From positions 62,321-126,320 of the forward strand of contig MTEI01000006.1 in assembly GCA_002083775.1 (NCBI GenBank): a stretch of 64,000 nucleotides of DNA. Direction: 5' to 3'. Below are positions 1-7,151 of the stretch, piece by piece; within the stretch, counting starts at the first letter, position 1; each line of letters starts with the position of its first letter. This DNA is from Rhodoferax ferrireducens. Lineage in GTDB: Bacteria; Pseudomonadota; Gammaproteobacteria; Burkholderiales; Burkholderiaceae_C. Under the pieces are notes generated by a model. That model was not told where the DNA came from and made no database searches. It was given only the letters and a program-made list of their open reading frames with translations. A program made the translations under genes and the position numbers.

Positions 1-224
1 GCAATAGCGGCCCGGTGCCTTTGATGGATTTCATTGGCTGTATTGAAAAGGCACTCGGTAAAACCGCCGACAAACGCCTGTTGCCGATGCAGCCTGGCGA
101 TGTGGCCGCCACCTTTGCCAGCACCACCGCCCTGAACGACTGGGTGGGTTTTTCGCCCAGCACACCCTTGCAGGACGGCATCGACTGTTTTGTGGCCTGG
201 TACCGCGATTACTACCAGGTTTAA
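1..224 (+). CDS. NAD-dependent sugar-nucleotide epimerase (UDP-glucuronate 4-epimerase-like), C-terminal fragment; the 5' end is outside the window
   Basis: The frame is open from base 3 (NSGPVPLMDFIGCIEKALGK...LPMQPGDVAATFAS...FVAWYRDYYQV). The LPxQPGDV and WYRDYY C-terminal motifs are typical of WcaG/UDP-glucuronate epimerase family tails. Confidence 0.7.
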   Translation, partial: NSGPVPLMDFIGCIEKALGKTADKRLLPMQPGDVAATFASTTALNDWVGFSPSTPLQDGIDCFVAWYRDYYQV

Positions 225-228
225 ATCC

Positions 229-318
229 CTCTCATCCCGACCCCCGGATCGGGTCCGGGGCAGGCTCTGATCCGGGATCCATAGATTTCAGGTCAAGCCC
301 GCATTGACAGTCATGAGG
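229..318. repeat. GC-rich REP-like hairpin cluster (locus R1)
   Basis: Units tcatcccg...ccggg...gatccgggatccat and caagcccgcattgacagtcatg are related to the units at 4709, 10971, 31104, 34174, 42532 and 62954. Confidence 0.6.
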
Positions 319-376
319 ACACTGCGCGGCAGCTGAAACCATATCAAAACACAACAAATATGTTTAAACTCCAGCC

Positions 377-559
377 ATGAACTCCCATGAATTCAAGCGC
401 TGGCTGACAAAGCAGGGTGTGACCTTTGGCCCCGCCAAGGGTTCACACATCAAGCTTTATTTTGGGGACAAGCAATCCATCTTGCCCATGCACAGTGCCG
501 ACCTCAAAACCGGCACGGTAGAGGGCATCAAGAAGCAACTCGGTCTGAAAGGAAAATAA
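377..559 (+). CDS. hicA: Type II toxin-antitoxin system HicA-family toxin (mRNA interferase)
   Basis: 60 aa with the KGSH...H...DLKTGTVEGIKKQLGL pattern typical of HicA/YcfA. It lies 3 nt upstream of a HicB-like ORF. Confidence 0.85.
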   Translation: MNSHEFKRWLTKQGVTFGPAKGSHIKLYFGDKQSILPMHSADLKTGTVEGIKKQLGLKGK

Positions 560-562
560 GCC

Positions 563-982
563 ATGTTGGACTACCCTGTCATCCTTCAAGCGCAGCCCGA
601 AGGTGGGTTCGTTGTGACATTTCCCGATGTGCCGCAAGCCATTACCCAGGGCGAAGACGAAGACGAAGCCTTGCTCTACGCCATCGATGCGCTGGAAACC
701 GCGTTGTCGTTTTATGTGGATGATCGCAAGGCCTTGCCCACGCCCAGCAAGCCCAAACGTGGTCAAAAAACCGTGCGCCCCAGTCCGCTTGAATGCGCCA
801 AACTGGGCGTGTACCAAGCGATGACGGAGCAAGGTATCAAAAAATCCGAACTGGCCCGCCGCCTGAACTGGCATGTTCCCCAGGTTGACCGTCTTTTTGA
901 CTTGCGGCACGCCTCCAAATTTGAGCAAATTCAGATGGCCGCCACTGTGCTGGGCAAGCGACTGGTTCTGAGCGTGGAATAA
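563..982 (+). CDS. hicB: HicB-family antitoxin with C-terminal HTH
   Basis: N-terminus YPVILQAQPEGGFVVTFPDVPQAITQGEDEDEAL matches the HicB fold signature. C-terminus GIKKSELARRLNWHVPQVDRL is an XRE-like HTH. Tightly coupled to hicA. Confidence 0.85.
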   Translation: MLDYPVILQAQPEGGFVVTFPDVPQAITQGEDEDEALLYAIDALETALSFYVDDRKALPTPSKPKRGQKTVRPSPLECAKLGVYQAMTEQGIKKSELARRLNWHVPQVDRLFDLRHASKFEQIQMAATVLGKRLVLSVE

Positions 983-997
983 CTGTGACTGCCCAAG

Positions 998-1474
998 TCA
1001 CTGGGCTCGCCATGACACATTCGATGCCAGCAAGCCTTTGACCCCGGCCTCAATCAGGTCCAGCGCACGCTCAAAGCCGGCCAAATCACCGTAGTAGGGG
1101 TCGGGCACCTCAGCCACCCCCAGATCTGGCGCAAACGACAACAGCAGCCGCAGCTTGCCTTGTGTGGCTGGTGGTGCCAGCCGCTTGAGAGCCGCCAGAT
1201 TGGCCTCATCCATGGCCAGCATCAGATCGAAACGCTCAAAGTCTTGCGCAGTCACCTGCCGCGAGCGGGTTTTGACGGCTGCATAACGACGTTTGAGCAA
1301 CGTTGCCTGTGCCCGGGCATCCATGCGTTTGCCGCCCTGTTGCGCGTGGGTCCCGGCCGACTCAAACTTCCAGTCAGCGGCGCAGCCCTGGCTTCGGGCA
1401 AGGTGCTGGGCCACCGCGCAGGCCATGGGAGAGCGGCACACATTGGCCATGCATACCAGGAGGACTTGGGTCAT
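998..1474 (-). CDS. Low-molecular-weight protein-tyrosine phosphatase (Wzb-like)
   Basis: P-loop motif VCMANVCRSPMA (CX5R(S/T)) plus the DPYYG acid motif. ORF 998..1744 was trimmed to ATG at 1474 (MTQVLLVC...); the upstream extension is Arg/Gly-rich junk. Confidence 0.85.
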   Translation of the reverse strand: MTQVLLVCMANVCRSPMACAVAQHLARSQGCAADWKFESAGTHAQQGGKRMDARAQATLLKRRYAAVKTRSRQVTAQDFERFDLMLAMDEANLAALKRLAPPATQGKLRLLLSFAPDLGVAEVPDPYYGDLAGFERALDLIEAGVKGLLASNVSWRAQ

Positions 1475-1517
1475 GGCGCGGAATTCTATCGATGCAAGGG
1501 CCATGGGGCCGACAACA

Positions 1518-1533
1518 GGGCCGGGAAGTTGCT
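1518..1533 (+). promoter_or_regulatory. Candidate sigma-54 (-24/-12) promoter upstream of the LolA-like gene
   Basis: gGGCCGGGAAGTTGCt has GG and GC separated by the canonical spacing (GG-N10-GC), with TTGC at -12. It lies ~98 nt upstream of ATG 1631. The -24 half is imperfect. Confidence 0.3.
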
Positions 1534-1630
1534 GCTTCTTGTGCTCTACAAGCCAAGCGCATGTGAGTAAACTGCGCGGGTTGGCGCTCACACCGCAAGG
1601 CCCCCTTTTTGACCCCCCCGGAGTTACCGC

Positions 1631-2428
1631 ATGAAACTGCACCGACTGTCGCTTCTTTTGCTCGGCTGGCTGGTGAGCGCCGTGGCTTTGGCGCAAGGCA
1701 GCGCGCCACCCAACACACAGCCGAATGCCCAAACCATGCTGCAAGCCAGCGACGCGGTGCGCAACCCCGACAAACCTTTTGGCGTGACGGTGACGCTGAT
1801 CGAATACCGGGACGGCAAACAGACCGACACCAGCACGCTGGGCAGCTACGCCAAATCGGACGCACGCAGCGGCCAGTTCCGCACCCTGATCCGTTTTGTG
1901 GCACCAGCGCGCGACGAAGGCAAGCTGATGCTCAAGGCCGGTAACGACTTCTGGTTTTACGACCCGGCCAGTAGGGCCAGCGTGCGCCTGTCACCCCAGC
2001 AGCGGCTGATGGGTCAGGCCTCCAACGGCGACGTGGTCACGGTGAATCTGGCCAAGGACTACCAGGCCAAGGTGGGGCTGGAAGAAGAGATCACGGACGG
2101 CAACCGCCAAAAGCGCCGCACCACCCGCCTGGACCTGAGCGCCAGCGGGCCGGATGCCAGTTACAACCGCATCGAACTGTGGGTGGACAGCGCCAACCAC
2201 CAGCCGCTCAAAGGCAAGTTTTACTCCGAGAGCGAGCGCCTGCTCAAAACCGTGTATTACCGGCGCTACCAAAACCAGCTGGGCAAGGAGCGCCCCACCG
2301 AGATGGTGATCATTGACGGGCTGGACACCAAATGGGTAACGGTGATGCGCTACGCTGACTTTGTGTTCCGCGATGTGCCTGAAGTATGGCTGCAACGCGA
2401 CTATTTGCCCAACTTCAAGCCGGAATAA
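1631..2428 (+). CDS. Outer-membrane lipoprotein-sorting (LolA-like) family periplasmic protein
   Basis: Signal peptide MKLHRLSLLLLGWLVSAVALAQG. The body (FWFYDPASRASVRLSPQQRLMGQASNGD...) resembles LolA-like/DUF1329-type proteins. Confidence 0.65.
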   Translation: MKLHRLSLLLLGWLVSAVALAQGSAPPNTQPNAQTMLQASDAVRNPDKPFGVTVTLIEYRDGKQTDTSTLGSYAKSDARSGQFRTLIRFVAPARDEGKLMLKAGNDFWFYDPASRASVRLSPQQRLMGQASNGDVVTVNLAKDYQAKVGLEEEITDGNRQKRRTTRLDLSASGPDASYNRIELWVDSANHQPLKGKFYSESERLLKTVYYRRYQNQLGKERPTEMVIIDGLDTKWVTVMRYADFVFRDVPEVWLQRDYLPNFKPE

Positions 2429-2433
2429 GTTAT

Positions 2434-3714
2434 ATGAAAAAACATGCTCTAGCCCTTATATCTATTGCGTTAATAGCTCCCGTTTTCGCAGCAGATGTCT
2501 CTGAAGACGACGCACTGAACCTGGCCGACACCACGGCCGAGAGCACCAAAGTCGAGACCACCGACTGGCGCATCTTTACCGAGGCTGCCGCTGGCCGCAG
2601 CACCGTGCATGAGTGGCCGCTGCCGGATCGCCATGCCAACACCCAACGCCTGTCGCTGGACCTGCTGTTTGACAAAAAGCTCACCCCCGCGCTGCGCGCC
2701 GTGTTGTCGAACCGGCTGGACCTGAACCACCAACCCGACGCATTGGGCCAGCAAACCGTGAATACCCTGAAGGAAGCCTACCTGGGCTGGCAGCCGCAAA
2801 GCGACCGCGTGCTGGACATCGGGCGCATCAACGTGCGTTACGGCGCGGCCATGGGTTACAACCCGACCGACTTTTTCCGCGAGGGGGCCAACCGCGCCAT
2901 CACCTCGTTTGACCCCAACGCCATCCGCGAAAACCGCATGGGCACCGCCATGCTGCGCGGCCAGACCTTATGGGCCGGCGGCGCGCTGACCGCCATCTAC
3001 GCGCCCAAAGTGTCGGACGCGCCGAACAACGGCGACTGGAGCGCTGACTTTGGCTCCACCAACAACCGCAACCGCTGGCTGCTGGCCGCCAGCCACCAAC
3101 TGGCCGACAACGTCAACCCGCAGGTGGTGCTGTACGGCGATGAGCGCCAGCCGGTGCAGATGGGTCTGAACCTGGCCATGCTGGTCAATGACGCCACCGT
3201 GGCGCATGTGGAATGGTCGGGCGGGCGGCAAAAAAACCTGCTGGCGCAAGCCCTGCCGCTGGCACCTGGCGTGTCGCAAGACGAGGTGTTTCGCAACCGC
3301 GTGGCAGCTGGCATGACCTACACCAGCGCCAGCAAGCTGTCTCTCACAGCGGAATACCACTACAACGGGGCCGCAGTGGACGAGGCGGTGTGGAACGCGT
3401 TACGCACCAGTTCGGTGATGGATTACGCCAGCTATCGGTACCTGGTTGAAGAGCAACTTGACCTGACCACCCGCCACGCAGCGTTTTTGCGCGCCAGCTG
3501 GCAGGATGCGTTCATCAACAAACTGGATCTGACCGCCATGCTGCGCTACAACCTGGATGACGACAGCAAGTTGTCGTGGCTGGAAGCGCGTTACCGGTTT
3601 GACAAGTCTGAGATCGCCCTGCAGTGGCAACTGGCCAGCGGTAACGACAGCTCGGACTACGGTGCCATGGCCCAGCGCCGCAGCATTCAAGCTTTGTTCC
3701 GTTACTACTACTAG
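2434..3714 (+). CDS. Putative outer-membrane beta-barrel protein partnered with the LolA-like protein
   Basis: ORF trimmed to ATG 2434 (MKKHALALISIALIAPVFA signal peptide), 5 nt after the upstream stop. Alternating hydrophobic pattern and aromatic C-terminus ...ALFRYYY. Family not recognised. Confidence 0.5.
   Translation: MKKHALALISIALIAPVFAADVSEDDALNLADTTAESTKVETTDWRIFTEAAAGRSTVHEWPLPDRHANTQRLSLDLLFDKKLTPALRAVLSNRLDLNHQPDALGQQTVNTLKEAYLGWQPQSDRVLDIGRINVRYGAAMGYNPTDFFREGANRAITSFDPNAIRENRMGTAMLRGQTLWAGGALTAIYAPKVSDAPNNGDWSADFGSTNNRNRWLLAASHQLADNVNPQVVLYGDERQPVQMGLNLAMLVNDATVAHVEWSGGRQKNLLAQALPLAPGVSQDEVFRNRVAAGMTYTSASKLSLTAEYHYNGAAVDEAVWNALRTSSVMDYASYRYLVEEQLDLTTRHAAFLRASWQDAFINKLDLTAMLRYNLDDDSKLSWLEARYRFDKSEIALQWQLASGNDSSDYGAMAQRRSIQALFRYYY
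2446..2478. repeat. AT-rich palindromic repeat, copy A (inside CDS, encodes the signal peptide)
   Basis: gctctagcccttatatctattgcgttaatagct is alignable with the reverse complement of copy F (36571-36612). Confidence 0.75.
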
Positions 3715-3737
3715 ATGGCCAGTGCTATATCAAAAAG

Positions 3738-3770
3738 AGCTATCAGCCCTTATGGGACAAGGGCTAGAGC
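3738..3770. repeat. AT-rich palindromic repeat, copy B (covers the last codons and stop of the SLT gene)
   Basis: agctatcagcccttatgggacaagggctagagc has stem agccctt/aagggct. The stop codon of the minus-strand CDS (3750-3752) sits in the loop. Confidence 0.75.
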
Positions 3771-4688
3771 CTGTTTTGGCTTATAAGTAGACTGCGGCTT
3801 GAGGTTTTTCATGACCAGCGACGGCGAGCTGACTTTGCCCTCAAACGGATGGTGCGAGCCGCCAAAGGCGCGTAGCACCCGTTTGACATAGTTGCGTGTT
3901 TCCAGATACGGCGGCACACCTTTGTAGCGGTCCACGGTGCCCTCACCGGCGTTGTAGGCGGCCGCCACCAGCGCCACATCGCCCTCAAAATACGCCAGCA
4001 ACCAGCGCAGATAGGTCAGCCCGCCGCGAATGTTCTGCGCCGGATCAAAGGCGTTTTTGACGTTGAAACGCGCGCTGGTTTCCGGAATGAGCTGCATCAG
4101 GCCCTGGGCGTTTTTGGGCGACACGGCCTGCGGGTTGAAGTTGGACTCGGCGGCAATGATGGCCAGCGCCAGTTGCGGCGCCACCTGGAAACGCGGTGCC
4201 ATCTGGCCCACCAGCTTGAAGATGCTTTTGGGTGCGATCAGGCTGTAGTCCACCGGCGTCCAGGTCGCCATCTGAAGCTCCACGGGTAGCGGCTCGGGCT
4301 CGCGCATGCAGTCAGGCATGTCGGGCAGCACGTCGGCGAATTTGTCAGCCAGACGCCTGGCCGTCTCGATGCCCTGCTCAGCTGCGGCCTGAAACAGGTA
4401 GGCCGCCCGGCCGTCGTGGCGTGGCACACCGCGGCCGTTGGCGTACATCCAGCCCAGGTTGTACTGCGCGTCACGGTCGCCCTGCCGCGCTGCTTCGCAA
4501 TACAAATTGGCCGCCAGCAGCGGGTCGCGCCGCACGCCCTCGCCGTTTTCATAGGCCAGCGCTTGCGCAAACAGGCTGGCCTGCGCCGCGCCCCCCGGGG
4601 CGTTGTCCTGCGCCAAACACGCTGGCGCACACAGTGCACCCGCTAGCAGCGGCAAGCAGAAGGATCGAAGCAGGGACGTTGACAACAT
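3750..4688 (-). CDS. Lytic transglycosylase (SLT domain) with N-terminal Sel1-type repeats
   Basis: Signal peptide; Sel1-like segments YENGEGVRRDPLLAANLYCEAARQGDRDAQYNLGWMYANGRGV; SLT catalytic region AIIAAESNFNPQAVSPKNAQGLMQL...AAYNAGEG. Confidence 0.8.
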   Translation of the reverse strand: MLSTSLLRSFCLPLLAGALCAPACLAQDNAPGGAAQASLFAQALAYENGEGVRRDPLLAANLYCEAARQGDRDAQYNLGWMYANGRGVPRHDGRAAYLFQAAAEQGIETARRLADKFADVLPDMPDCMREPEPLPVELQMATWTPVDYSLIAPKSIFKLVGQMAPRFQVAPQLALAIIAAESNFNPQAVSPKNAQGLMQLIPETSARFNVKNAFDPAQNIRGGLTYLRWLLAYFEGDVALVAAAYNAGEGTVDRYKGVPPYLETRNYVKRVLRAFGGSHHPFEGKVSSPSLVMKNLKPQSTYKPKQALALVP

Positions 4689-4708
4689 GGCTGCATGCTA
4701 ACTTTTCT

Positions 4709-4788
4709 GATTGCGGATGTCATGCCGGACCTGATCCGGCATCCATGAATGCAGGGTCATGGATTGCGGATCAAGTCCGCAATGACAG
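4709..4788. repeat. GC-rich REP-like hairpin cluster (locus R2)
   Basis: gtcatgccggacctgatccggcatccatga plus tcatggattgcggatcaagtccgcaatgac; each unit is an inverted repeat. Confidence 0.7.
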
Positions 4789-4825
4789 CCACAGAGGTCC
4801 AAAATGGTTCTGCGCCCATGGAAAT

Positions 4826-5914
4826 TCAGCGCAACTTTTTGCCCAGCCAATGCTTGAGCCAGGCCATCAGGCCAGCGGGCGTACGCCAGTTAAAAGCGAC
4901 CAGGCCCCAGCGCTCGCGCCGGTGCGACATCCAGTCACGCTTGTAGGCGTCGTCACCTGTGAGGTAGTCCACCTCGTGCACCTGATCGATGTCCAACACG
5001 TGCTGCATCAACTTGGCTGTGAGCACCGAGCCCGCTGAAAAGCGTCCAAACCCTTCCACATAGGCCAGCTTGAAAATATTGGCTTTACCACCTTGAACCA
5101 GCCACAGCTGCGCGGCGATGGCCTGACCGTCAAGCTTGAGCACACCCAGGCGCAGCCAGCCCTGCACTGCGGCCATGCGCGCCAACGCCGGGATGAACTG
5201 ACGGTTGGGCTCAGGACCTTTCCAGCTTTTTTGGTAGACCGCGACAAAGTCGCCAATGGCGGCCTCCAGACTCGCGTCAGGCTGTTGCTGAATGTCCACT
5301 TGCCACGCACCCTGGCGCGTCAACCGGCGCTGGCCGCGTTCAATGCTGTGTCGCAACGCGGAAGGCAGGCCTTGAAAATAGTCAGCAAACGGTCGCCCTG
5401 CCACCTGCAGGTACCAGTTGCCAAAACAAAAGTAGCGGTCCACCGCGTAACCCGCCTGGCGCAAAGCCGCCTGAAAGCCGTCAAAAAATGTGGTTTGCGG
5501 ATCCATCGGGTCCAACATCAGCACCGGCCAGCGCTTGGGGTGCTGCCATAGAGCCTGGGCCAGCGCCTTCCAGTGTGCTGCACCCGGCTGCACAACAACG
5601 CCTTCACTCGCTGCCTGCCAGACCATGGGCATATACAGGCTGCTGTAGTAATTGCTCAGGCCGGTAAGCTTGGGGCCCGAGAGCAGCGGCAGGCACACCA
5701 CCGGGCCGCTGCGCCAGTCTCCCGCCTGCCACAGCTGGCAAACTGCTTCGCTCTGGCTCGCAGCATCCAGCCCAAACGCGGCCAAATTCTCAAACCAGGC
5801 CAAGGTGCCAAAGACATCAGTGGGTGCCATGCTGGGCGGCACGGTGCCCTGCTGGTCAAGCAGCGCCTGCAAACTGGCAAAGTTGTCCAGAATCTGGATG
5901 GCGGGTAGGCTCAC
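4826..5914 (-). CDS. GNAT-fold acyltransferase (Acetyltransf_6/CelD/FemAB-like), probably the PEP-CTERM-system-associated FemAB-related protein
   Basis: C-terminal half ...WLRLGVLKLDGQAIAAQLWLVQGGKANIFKLAYVEGFGRFSAGSVLTAKLMQHVLD...VDYLTGDDAYKRDW is typical of this family. Its position in an exosortase A locus supports the call. Confidence 0.6.
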   Translation of the reverse strand: MSLPAIQILDNFASLQALLDQQGTVPPSMAPTDVFGTLAWFENLAAFGLDAASQSEAVCQLWQAGDWRSGPVVCLPLLSGPKLTGLSNYYSSLYMPMVWQAASEGVVVQPGAAHWKALAQALWQHPKRWPVLMLDPMDPQTTFFDGFQAALRQAGYAVDRYFCFGNWYLQVAGRPFADYFQGLPSALRHSIERGQRRLTRQGAWQVDIQQQPDASLEAAIGDFVAVYQKSWKGPEPNRQFIPALARMAAVQGWLRLGVLKLDGQAIAAQLWLVQGGKANIFKLAYVEGFGRFSAGSVLTAKLMQHVLDIDQVHEVDYLTGDDAYKRDWMSHRRERWGLVAFNWRTPAGLMAWLKHWLGKKLR

Positions 5915-5943
5915 GCGGGTCTTTCTGGCAAGGGGGGCAGTTC

Positions 5944-5960
5944 ACTGGTTATCATAACCA
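5944..5960. promoter_or_regulatory. Perfect 8+8 palindrome CTGGTTAT-c-ATAACCAG in a divergent intergenic region (candidate operator)
   Basis: Seen directly. It lies between the divergent GNAT/FemAB-like gene (start 5914) and the ACP gene (start ~6006-6039). Confidence 0.3.
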
Positions 5961-6005
5961 GCGCCCGCCGGCCCGCCCTACTGGCAGCCGGACGGGCGGG
6001 GCGGT

Positions 6006-6290
6006 TTGCCCCGTACAGAGACTGATCAAGGAGGCGTGGTGAGCATAGAGACTGATGTTCTGAGGATTCTGGACAGCGTGCTGAGCCTGCAAGGGCGTAG
6101 CGCCAGCCTGCGGCGCGACACGCCCTTGCTGGGCGCCCTGCCAGAACTCGACTCCATGGCGGTGCTGGGCATCATCACCGCGTTGGAAGAGCGTTTTGCC
6201 TTCGTCATCCATGACGACGAGATCGACAGCGCTGTTTTTGCCACGCTGGGCTCGCTGATTGATTTTGTGACCGGCAAACTGGCTGACTAA
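6006..6290 (+). CDS. Acyl carrier protein (exosortase A-locus type)
   Basis: Phosphopantetheine-site motif LPELDSMAVLGIITALE; ~85-94 aa. The start is uncertain: ATG 6006, or GTG 6039 just after GGAGG at 6030-6034. Confidence 0.75.
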   Translation: MPRTETDQGGVVSIETDVLRILDSVLSLQGRSASLRRDTPLLGALPELDSMAVLGIITALEERFAFVIHDDEIDSAVFATLGSLIDFVTGKLAD

Positions 6291-6305
6291 ACCGCATCCA
6301 GCTCC

Positions 6306-7151
6306 ATGATGCCACCCGCCGCGACCCTGCAAGCGTTCTTTTTGGACGCTGAACATGGCCAGCGCTTTTGTCTGCTGCACACCCCGCCCGCCAGCCAGCC
6401 GGTGCTGGGGCATGTGGTGTACGCGCACCCGTTTGCCGAAGAGATGAACGCCTCCCGGCGTATGGCCGCCTTGCAGGCACGCGCCCTGGCGCAGGCTGGC
6501 TTTGCCGTGTTGCAGATGGATTTGATGGGCTGTGGTGACAGCACCGGTCACTTTGAAGAGGCCAACTGGGCCGCCTGGGTGGACGATGTGGCCCTGGCCC
6601 GGCGCTGGATGTGTGAACACTGGCCGGGCGTGGCCTGGCTTTGGGGCTTGCGTGCCGGCGGCTTGCTGGCAGCGCAGGTGTGCAGGCAGGAAAAAACGCC
6701 TGGCAGGCTGCTGCTGTGGCAACCGGTGCTGTCCGGCAAGCAGCACCTGCACCAGTTTTTGCGGCTGCAAATGGCCGGTGATATTGCCCGCGGTGAGCCG
6801 AACCGGGGTACGTCACGCCTGATGCACTTGCTGGAAAAAGGTGAATCGGTCGAGGTGGCGGGTTACAGCGTGTCTGCCGCGCTGGCGCAAGGCATGGCGC
6901 AGGCCGATCTGGATGGCCTGCCCGCTGGCACCCAGATCATCAGCCTGGAGCTGGGCAGTGCCAGCACAGACCCCGTTTCACCCGCGCTGGCGGCGCAGCT
7001 GCAGCGCTGGCAGGCTGCAGGCTGCAGCACCGTGGCCAACGTGGTGCCGGGTGCCGACTTCTGGCAAATGCAGGAGTGCCCTGACAGCCCGGCCTGGGTA
7101 ACCACCAGTTTGCAGGCCTTGTCCGCCAACCCTGCCGGGGGCGCGCCTTGA
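6306..7151 (+). CDS. Alpha/beta-fold hydrolase, exosortase A system-associated pair, member 1 (Arg at the nucleophile-elbow position)
   Basis: HPFAEEMNASRRM...MDLMGCGDS...WLWGLRAGGLLAA. It is paralogous to the next ORF. Which of the two named families (hydrolase 1 or 2) it belongs to was not determined. Confidence 0.7.
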   Translation: MMPPAATLQAFFLDAEHGQRFCLLHTPPASQPVLGHVVYAHPFAEEMNASRRMAALQARALAQAGFAVLQMDLMGCGDSTGHFEEANWAAWVDDVALARRWMCEHWPGVAWLWGLRAGGLLAAQVCRQEKTPGRLLLWQPVLSGKQHLHQFLRLQMAGDIARGEPNRGTSRLMHLLEKGESVEVAGYSVSAALAQGMAQADLDGLPAGTQIISLELGSASTDPVSPALAAQLQRWQAAGCSTVANVVPGADFWQMQECPDSPAWVTTSLQALSANPAGGAP

